Shown: piece by piece, positions 1 to 8,300 of the stretch
Numbering within the stretch: the first letter of the stretch is position 1
Layout of the letters: the number at the start of each line of letters is the position of its first letter
Source: a bacterium
GTDB taxonomy: Bacteria; JACRDZ01; JAQUKH01
Reading direction: 5' to 3'
Assembly (NCBI GenBank): GCA_040754625.1
Contig: JBFMCF010000083.1
Coordinates: 5,604-69,603 of the forward strand
DNA length: 64,000 nucleotides
Program-made: the position numbers and the translations under genes
Notes under the pieces: model-generated
Told to the model about the DNA's origin: nothing
What the model saw: the letters and a program-made list of their open reading frames with translations, nothing else
Databases searched by the model: none

Positions 1-253
1 GGCGGGAAGGAAATTTCCATCTTTCTTTCACCAAGTCTATATTCGCATCCGCGACCGTTACGGTTTTGTCATTCATGAAGCTTAGATTATCGTAGCCTTT
101 TGTTATTTTGCACCCGTATTCCAATACGTTTTTAAAAGGATATCTGGTCCCCAGCTTCTCAAAAAAAGCCTTTAGCATGAACCTTTCATAAATAGACCCG
201 ATGCCTTCTTCCTCAATAAGCGAACACAAAAAATTTTCTATGTCGTTTTTCAT
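1..253 (-). CDS. Hypothetical protein, 5'-partial in window (start codon at 253, runs off the window start). N-terminus MKNDIENFLCSLIEEEGIGSIYERF...VLEYGCKITKGYDNL has a weak class I SAM-methyltransferase motif I-like signature.
   Basis: Reverse-complement of 1-253 translates as an open frame from ATG at 253 to the window edge. Co-oriented immediately downstream of the radical SAM gene. Confidence 0.3.
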   Translation of the reverse strand, partial: MKNDIENFLCSLIEEEGIGSIYERFMLKAFFEKLGTRYPFKNVLEYGCKITKGYDNLSFMNDKTVTVADANIDLVKERWKFPSR

Positions 254-309
254 AATTTACATATTATAATCCTAAAAACATATATTTGCAAATAGTTTTT
301 AAAGGCAAT

Positions 310-1395
310 TTATTCCCGGGACAAGAGTTTAAAAAAAGAGCTTAAGGCGATTCTGCTGATGGTTTTTATATTAAATAACATATTTGTGTAACTCGCGCTT
401 GCGAGCGGGCAGAAACATTCACCTTTCTTAATATAATCCCTTACCTTATATGCTTTTTCTGAAAACCATATTTTTTTAAAATCATAATTTGTTTCCCGCA
501 GGTTGCCTATCGGTTCGGCCTTGATACAGCACATCCATACGTCTCCGTCAGGCGCTATATGACATGAGGCAAAACCCGCGAAACAGGGGAGTATCTGACG
601 ATTTTCCTTTAATATTCTTTTTACAAGATTATAGTAGCTGAACCTGAGTTTTTGCGTGACCTTGCCGAGCCCGGAAGCCGGATATTTTTTTAGAATGCCG
701 ATTAGATTGTCTATGGCGGCCGCGTATTCTTCGGCGGACGGTGTTATGTCCGAATTAATCGTATCAAGCTCTATCCTTTTTTCCGCAATTTCAGTAATGT
801 AGCTGTCAGGATTTAATTTAAGAAGTTCCGCCGCTATTTCAGGGAGCCTCTGGACATTGAATTTCGAAACAACCGTATGTATCCCGAGTGTTAAGTTCGG
901 ATAATTTAGTCCTTTTAAACAGTTAAATGTGTTGATTGTTTTATTAAAATTTCCTTTTATATTTCTTATATCATCATGCCTTTCTCCGATTTCATCCAGC
1001 GAAAGATTAATGACAAACTTGGTTTTTGGGCACGATGATAAAATTATTTTAATTTTTTCAACGATAAGTTCAGTTAAAATTCCATTGGTCGGAATATTTA
1101 TTATTTTAGGATGGCAGGTTTTATACAGGCATTGGATTATTTCAGCAATGTCCTTTTTTAAGAATGGTTCTCCTCCGCTTATAGTTATCCAGTAAGGAGA
1201 TGTCCCAAAGCCAGCGAATATTTTTTTATATTCTTCCAGGGTCAATTCATCTGATTTTTTTTGCCATATGTTACAGGTTTTACATCTCGAATTGCAGCGG
1301 TATGTTAGGCTGATAGTATAATTTAACGGCAAAAGCCGCGGCCGGTTAAATTGACGGAAAGATTTATAAACAGGTATTTTGTTTAATAAAGGCAT
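310..1395 (-). CDS. Radical SAM enzyme with C-terminal SPASM/twitch-type cysteine cluster (peptide/protein-modifying radical SAM family).
   Basis: CNSRCKTCN (CxxxCxxC) radical SAM cluster near the N-terminus. GGEP motif (ISGGEPFL). C-terminal Cys-rich region CFAGFASCHIAPDGDVWMCC...GECFCP is consistent with a SPASM auxiliary cluster domain. Confidence 0.8.
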   Translation of the reverse strand: MPLLNKIPVYKSFRQFNRPRLLPLNYTISLTYRCNSRCKTCNIWQKKSDELTLEEYKKIFAGFGTSPYWITISGGEPFLKKDIAEIIQCLYKTCHPKIINIPTNGILTELIVEKIKIILSSCPKTKFVINLSLDEIGERHDDIRNIKGNFNKTINTFNCLKGLNYPNLTLGIHTVVSKFNVQRLPEIAAELLKLNPDSYITEIAEKRIELDTINSDITPSAEEYAAAIDNLIGILKKYPASGLGKVTQKLRFSYYNLVKRILKENRQILPCFAGFASCHIAPDGDVWMCCIKAEPIGNLRETNYDFKKIWFSEKAYKVRDYIKKGECFCPLASASYTNMLFNIKTISRIALSSFFKLLSRE

Positions 1396-1400
1396 ATTGT

Positions 1401-2303
1401 TTAATTGCTGTTTAATTCCTTGGTAGATTCTATCATGTCCCAGACAACGGGATTTTTCTTTTTTATATAAAAATCATATACCCCCAGCAGTCTCCCGAGC
1501 ATTTCAAGAAAAACCGCCCCCAGAATCCAGAACATATGTTTCCGGTCGTTATTAAATTCCCTGAAGGTTAAACTGACCGCCCGCCAGGGGTTCATGGAAG
1601 ATGCTTCATAACTGAGCGATTTTTTTACCTGCAAATGTCCGGCAAATATTCTTCGTCTTTGTTTTAAAAAATCTTTAACGGTTTCAGGCCCTTTGTTTAT
1701 AACTAGGGCCCCGGGCGCGTAAGCAAGATTAAATCCCTGTTTTTTTATCTCGGCTTCCAGAGATATTTCATCAACAGCCGTATTGTCCGGGATTTTTTTG
1801 ACTACATTGCGGAAGGCTATTAATTCACCCAGTTTAACAGATTCTTTATTGAGATTATGATGTATTTGCCATTGAAGGTGCGCAACATACCCCATGAATT
1901 TATTTCTAGGATTAATTGGAACAGGGTGCCCGCCGGTCATTCCTATTTTTGGGTCTAAAAAAGGTTTAATTAAAGATTCAAAAGCATTTTCTTCAGGGAT
2001 ATTGTCCGCATTTTGAAGGATTAAAATATCTCCAGCGGCTTCTTTAATGAAAAGATTTATCGCGGAAGCCTTTCCCTGTCGTTTTTCCTGTATAAGAAGT
2101 TTTAGTGTTTTAATTTCAGGCAGGATATTTTTTACAATATTTACGGTATTATCGGTACACCCTGACGCGATAACAATAATCTCGAGGATAAAGCCGGAAA
2201 TGATTTTTTGCCCTGCAGCGGATTCTATGGTTTTTTTAATGTTTTTTTCTTCATTATACGCCATTATTCCTATGCTGCATTTTAACAATTTATTATTTTC
2301 CAT
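1401..2303 (-). CDS. Family 2 glycosyltransferase (GT2, GT-A fold).
   Basis: N-terminal CSIGIMAYNEEKNIKKTIES...GCTDNT motif block typical of GT2/DPM1-like enzymes. 300 aa. Co-oriented between the giant cytochrome and the radical SAM gene. Confidence 0.7.
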   Translation of the reverse strand: MENNKLLKCSIGIMAYNEEKNIKKTIESAAGQKIISGFILEIIVIASGCTDNTVNIVKNILPEIKTLKLLIQEKRQGKASAINLFIKEAAGDILILQNADNIPEENAFESLIKPFLDPKIGMTGGHPVPINPRNKFMGYVAHLQWQIHHNLNKESVKLGELIAFRNVVKKIPDNTAVDEISLEAEIKKQGFNLAYAPGALVINKGPETVKDFLKQRRRIFAGHLQVKKSLSYEASSMNPWRAVSLTFREFNNDRKHMFWILGAVFLEMLGRLLGVYDFYIKKKNPVVWDMIESTKELNSN

Positions 2304-2365
2304 ATATTTAAAGATACTTCGTCGCCTGGCTCCTCAGGATGAATGGCCTGAAACTGTCGGACCAT

Positions 2366-5300
2366 TCATTTAATCGGAACTATATTGTATTCTTTTATTT
2401 CTTCAAACTGCTGTTTTAGTTTTTCCCCGTGTTTTTCGGCGTCTTTCTTGTCATTAAAAAGCCCTGAACGTATAGTATACCATATCATTCCATTAATAAT
2501 GACTTTTTTAACATAGGCATAATTGCGTGAATCTGTCTTGTTGATTTTATCTGAAAAATTAGAAGCCCAGTCTTTGTTTTTGTCAGATGCCACTTCAATA
2601 GTCCATATCTGTTTAATTTTTTTAGGGGGGACATATACCAATTTGGTAATTTCTTCCTTTTTGGTTTCAGCGGATACCGGTTCCTTGTATACTCCGGTGT
2701 CAGTCATTTTCAAAGTTTCCGCTTTGGCTGTGGTGGTTTCCACTGGCTTTTCTTGTAAAAGACCCGCGGTTTTTTCTGTTAGAGGCAAAACCGGTTCTTT
2801 ACTGGTTTTAGATTCTTTTGCAGGGACTGTTTTAGCTGTCCCTGTTATTTCCATTGGTTCTATATTTACGGCGGCAGTTTCAGCAGGTTTTTGTTTTGAT
2901 GTTTCCGGTAGTTTAGGAACAACAGGCGCATATAACGGCTCTCCGGCCGTATCCTGTTTTTTATCCGGAACTGCAGTTGGTCCAGACGCAGTAGTATCTG
3001 TTTTTAAAGGAATAAGGGCCTGGGTAACCTTTTTGACAGCTTCAATGGGCAGGTTTATGACCTTCTGGGTGATATCAATGGTTTTTTCAGGTAAAGCAGC
3101 GGCCATTTCCAGACCCTTCGCAGGAAGCGAAGCCTCTGGAGGCGGTGTTTTAGTAGTATCGGGTGTTTTTTGAATAACAGTGGTGTCCGTTTTAGATGGA
3201 ATAATAGCCTGTGTAACTTTCTTGACAGCCTCAATGGGCAGGTTTATGACCTTCTGGGTGATATCAATGGTTTTTTCGGGCAGGCTGCTGACCGCCTCTT
3301 TTGTGGTTGTTATTCCCTCAGATACTTTTTGTAAAATAGAGGCCTTGGAGGGTGTGGGGACATTGAGAAAAATTTTCTTGCTGAATATATCGGAATAGTT
3401 TCCTACTTCATCCCGCAGCCAGAAATAAATTATTTTTTCGCCGTATCCTGGTGAGAGCGTATATTGAAATTCTGATTTTTTAGCCTCCCACCTGGCATTT
3501 TCAAAAAATGGGTTTTCGCTGACTTTTTGATAGTTATAATTTTCAAATTTGGTTTTAATAGTTATCTCCCGTGCTGTAGTTGTGTCCTGCGGCACTATTT
3601 CTATTTTTTCTGAATTTTGGATAAAATCTTTTGGCGGGGCAATATTTTCAATTTTAATATTGCTGACATATGAAATATTCCCGTTATCATCTTTAAATTT
3701 AAAATATATTGTTTTTTCTCCCAGGGGTTCCGAAAGATTAAAAGAAAATCTTTCGGAAAAAGGGACCCATGGACTATTTGAAAAATCAGGATCTTCTGAG
3801 GCCGTTAAATATTTTGCATTATAAGCGTAGATATATAAATTGACCCATGGAGTAAATGTAAAAATTTCTTCCATGGGTATTGTGGCTGTTATAATTGGAA
3901 AAATCGGGCTGTAAAAAAAGGAAGCCTTTGCCGTGGTTGATATATTATTGCCAGCCATGTCATATGCCTCGTTTATAACAATAATAATTTCTCCTGTCAT
4001 GTTTTCCTTCAGGATAACGGGAGGGGTAGTGTATGTGTCGTTTTGTATTATACTTGTGGAAAAAGTCCCTCCCGCGGGAATTTTTGGAGTATTTTCCCCC
4101 AATCCTATGAACGTAATTTGAGGATTACGGCTTATATCCATTGATTCGTTAAAAACACAGGAAAGTGTAAGAGAAGAGTTTTCAGGATTATACTGGAATT
4201 TGTAAAAGAGATTTTGAGGGCTGGTTTTGTCAACTATTACCTCGACCTTAAACGGCTCGGATATATTGCCGAACTGGTCTTGCAGCCTCAGATATATTTT
4301 TTTTCTTCCCTGTTCTTCAGAAAGAGGGAAAGGAGCAAAGTCGATATAACTTCTCCATAGATCTTCGGCAGTAGTATCAAGAATTTCATTCGTGCTTAGC
4401 ATAATAAACTCTGCGTCATCCGAGCTTATGATTAAATTGACCGTATTTTCCTTGGTATATTCTCTTTCCGCGGAAAAATTATTCAGGATCGGCGGGAACG
4501 TGTCTAACTGAAATGTTTCTTCTGAAATAATATCCATGATATTCCCCGCGAGGTCAGAAGCGTTTTTCACTACAATAGTTATTGCCCCGCCCATACCGGG
4601 TGATAAGCTGACAGGAGGAGTAGTATAAGTATCATTTTCCAGAGAGGTTGGTGTATTGCTTCTTGAAAAAGAACCTCCCTTGGAGACAAGGGGATTTTCT
4701 GTGCCGGTGCTGATTAGGATGACCTCGGGGATTATTGTTGTGTCGAGACTTTCATCAAAAATAACTGAGATTACTAAATCGCTGTTTAAAGTTACAGGAT
4801 TAGGATAGTTATACGAAATAACCGAGGGTTTTGTTAAATCCAGGTTGGTATTCAGTGTAACCGTTTTTGATATATTTCCTTCTTCATCGCGGACCCTGAT
4901 ATAGATTTGTTTTTGGCCGGACGCGGAAGATAAAACAAAAGGAGTATTGTTGGAATATTTAATCCATTTACTTTCCAGGAAAGAAGGATTTTCACTGATT
5001 TGCATTGAACTTGCTTTAATGGCACTCATTAAAATATGGATTTCTTTTTTATTGGTGTATACGCCTTCTTTTATAAGGGCGCTTTTTATTTCCGTGGGCA
5101 ATATATCGTAAATAAAACCTGTTAATGAAGCAGTTTGCATTTTATTTCCGGCTAAATCCGATACATTTTCTATCTCAAAATCAATATTTCCGGCGAGAGA
5201 ATCCTTTAAAGGTATGCTTGAACTGAAGTAAATGTTGTTAAATCCGTTTTCACTTGCGAAATAACCGCCTTGTTCAAGCACGGGTATTTTATCTTTATTA

Positions 5301-8300
5301 TTTATTACAAGGATTATTTTAGGTATTGTATTAATGTCCAGTGTTTCGGAAAAAATCAGTTTGATGCGGAATGACCGTAATGTTTTTATGTCTTCGGGAA
5401 GTATTGAATTAGTTATTTCGGGGGCGATGTTATCATAATTAATCATAAGTTTTTCCGGGTCTGAAATATTTCCCTCGCCGTCTTTAAAACGGACATAAAT
5501 TTGTTTATTGCCCGCGGGCCCGGATAAAGTAAAGGGAAGCAGTTCAGTGTATCTTATCCATTCAATATTCTCGAAGGAAGCATTTTCACTTATTTGAATT
5601 TCTGAGGCTTGAGGGTTATTTAAAATAATATTTATTTCTTTTTCCTTGGTAATTTCTCCATTTTCTATTCCAACGTTTGTTTTTAATTCGAAAGAGCCTA
5701 TTTTTGTCAACCCGATGGTATTTCCGGATAAATCCTGGATATTTTCTATAAATACCTCGTTTTCACCTGACATGGTTGTATCAAGGATTATGTCAGGAGT
5801 TGTGAGTATGTTATTTGAAAACTTGTTGTCTGAAAACGCCCAGTTATTATTTGATGTAACGGGATTTTTCCCGCCGCTTAAGTTTTTGATATAAAGTTTT
5901 GGCTCAATATACGGGTTTATCGGCTCATTTAATTCAAATTTTATGTGAAATTTAGGATTTATTCTTGCTGTCTTCGGGATAGAGACGCTTTCTATTTTTG
6001 GTTTTTGAGTATCTGTCAGTGCCAGCGCGGCTTCTGATTCGGACAAAATTGGAGCAGGGAGTATGGGTTTATATATTAATTGGCCCAGTGTCTCATCTGT
6101 ATTTTTATCGTAGAAATACAGTTCAATAAAGTTTGGTTTATCAGTACCCCACCAGTTATTCATTACATCTAAATCGTTATTAAAATTTTTTAAATAAAAG
6201 TTAAATTCTTTATTGTTAAAAATACTGTTATTTTGAATTAAAAATTTCCGGCTGAATTTCTCGCATAAAATACCGGTCTTATTGTCCCTGATTAGATTTT
6301 TAAAAATCAACGGAGAAGATTCTACCAGATAAATACCCTCATTTTTGTTTTTGGCTATTAGATTATTGACTAAGGCAGGAGAAGATAAAAAAGCTATTTT
6401 AAGACCAATATTCGTGTTTTCCATGATAGTATTATTGGCTATTTGGGGGGATGACCCTCTCTGGCAATTGATCCCGATTTCATTATTCATAATATAGTTA
6501 TTCATAATTGATGGAGAGGAGACATCATCGCAGAAAATCCCGGTTTTATTTTCAAATATTTCATTCTTAATGATGCTCCCGCTGGAGTTCAGCAATATGA
6601 TACCCTCATTTTTGTTATTTTCAATTTTTGATGATTCGATTTTCAACAATGAGTTATTAGCGGCGGAAACAGCAGTATTATTTTTAGAAAAAATAGAATT
6701 TGTTAAAACAGCCTTGGATTTATCCAGTGTTACAGCGATGTCTGCGAAATTGATTTTACAGAATTCAAAAATATTTTCCTGTACCCCTTTGATAATTATT
6801 CCTTTCCAGTCCCCTGTCTGGGGAGATGCCGATTGAATATCGAATTCTATTTCTTTATCTTTTTCTCCCCTGGCGATTAATTTGCCTTCAACAATTAACG
6901 CCGGTTTTTCCGTGACAGATATTTCTTTTTCATCAGCAACCTGCCGTTTTTTTAATTCAGAAAAAAGTAATTGGACGCCGGGTTGTATGGTTAACGTAAC
7001 ATCGCGCCCCACCGTAATTTCACCCCGCAGGTAATACGGGCTGTTTTCCCGGGTCAAAACCAGGTTGGTATCAATTATTTGAGGTAAATTTTGTTTCCCC
7101 TGGGGCAAAATAAAAGTACATATTTTGGTTACAGGAGCGGAAATGTTGCCGGCTGAATCTTTAAACTTAAAATATATAATTTTTTCTCCCTCGCTGCTGC
7201 TGAGGGGGAAGGTTTTTACAGGTTTAAAGGCCTGCCATTGAGAAGCCTTGAAAGTAACATCTTCTGTAATCATCATTTCTTCCGCTTCTGTTATATTGAA
7301 TTTAATATTTATCTGCGGGGAAAATGTAAAATTGCCTTCTTCGATAATTATACTGTCCGGTTTATCCAGGTTAAACCCTCTTTCGGGTTTCAGGATAAAA
7401 TTTTCTTCAGCCACTTTTTTTATTATGTTCCCTGCGGGATCGCGGGCGTCACTCACGACAATAGTGATTTCACCGGCCATGTTTTCGTCCAGTAAAATAT
7501 CAGGGGTTATATAAGTGTCGTTAGTTTGTGAAGTGCTTTTTATTTCACCGCCTTTTCCCACCAAAGGCGATACACGGCCATTGCCGATCAGGGTTATGAC
7601 AGGCGGGAAGTTAGTATCGATGGTTTTATTGAAAACCACTTTTATTTTAAATTCATTGCTTAATTTTACGGGTCTGGGATAAACATAAGAAATGATGTTT
7701 AACGGGGTGCTGTCTAAAGTTATATTCAAAAGCTGAGATGACGCAATCCTGCTCTTTTTGTCGGTTATGGTCATTTTTAAATTATTCTTGCCTTCTTTTA
7801 ATTTTATTATGCTTGAGAAACTTCCTTCTTTTACTTCTACCGGGAGAGAATCTTCGTTTAAAATTAATGTTGCTACCGTTAATGAAGTGTCGGAAATTGT
7901 GCCTTGAATGGTTTGTTCAGGATTATTTATTATCTGGTTATTGGCCAAAGATGTAATTTCAACAGTCAGGGGAATTTCTTCTTCATACCACTCAGACACA
8001 TATTCTGGTATTAAGGCCTGTGCTGATTCAAACGCAAGCAAAGTCATGATTTTTTTTACAGGAGATGTATGACATTCATTACAGATTTGATTGGCAGGGT
8101 TTTTTACTCTTAAAAAACTATTTTGGCCGTCCCCTTCTTCCTGGCTTATTATTTCGGCATTTGACGAGTCCCATTGATGGACATTATGGCATGTCGCGCA
8201 ACTCACTATGCCCAGGTCGAAATTAACAGCCGTCCCGGTATCAAAAAACGGTAATGGGAATACGGGCTTTTTTAATTGCGGCTTATTTTCCAATTGAAAA

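Noticed and set aside
2523-3398. Plus-strand ORFs (216 aa and 72 aa) sharing the peptide TFLTASMGRFMTFWVISMVFSG.
   Set aside because: They lie antisense to the giant minus-strand cytochrome ORF. The shared peptide is just the reverse-frame reading of the 97-bp direct repeats. No start or Shine-Dalgarno context."},{"start":5646,"end":10247,"what":"Multiple 60-100 aa plus-strand ORFs (for example 5646-5894, 7238-7514, 9709-9999) inside the 2366-10882 gene.","why_rejected":"Antisense or out-of-frame overlaps of a long, motif-rich coding region. Such ORFs are expected by chance in AT-rich DNA.
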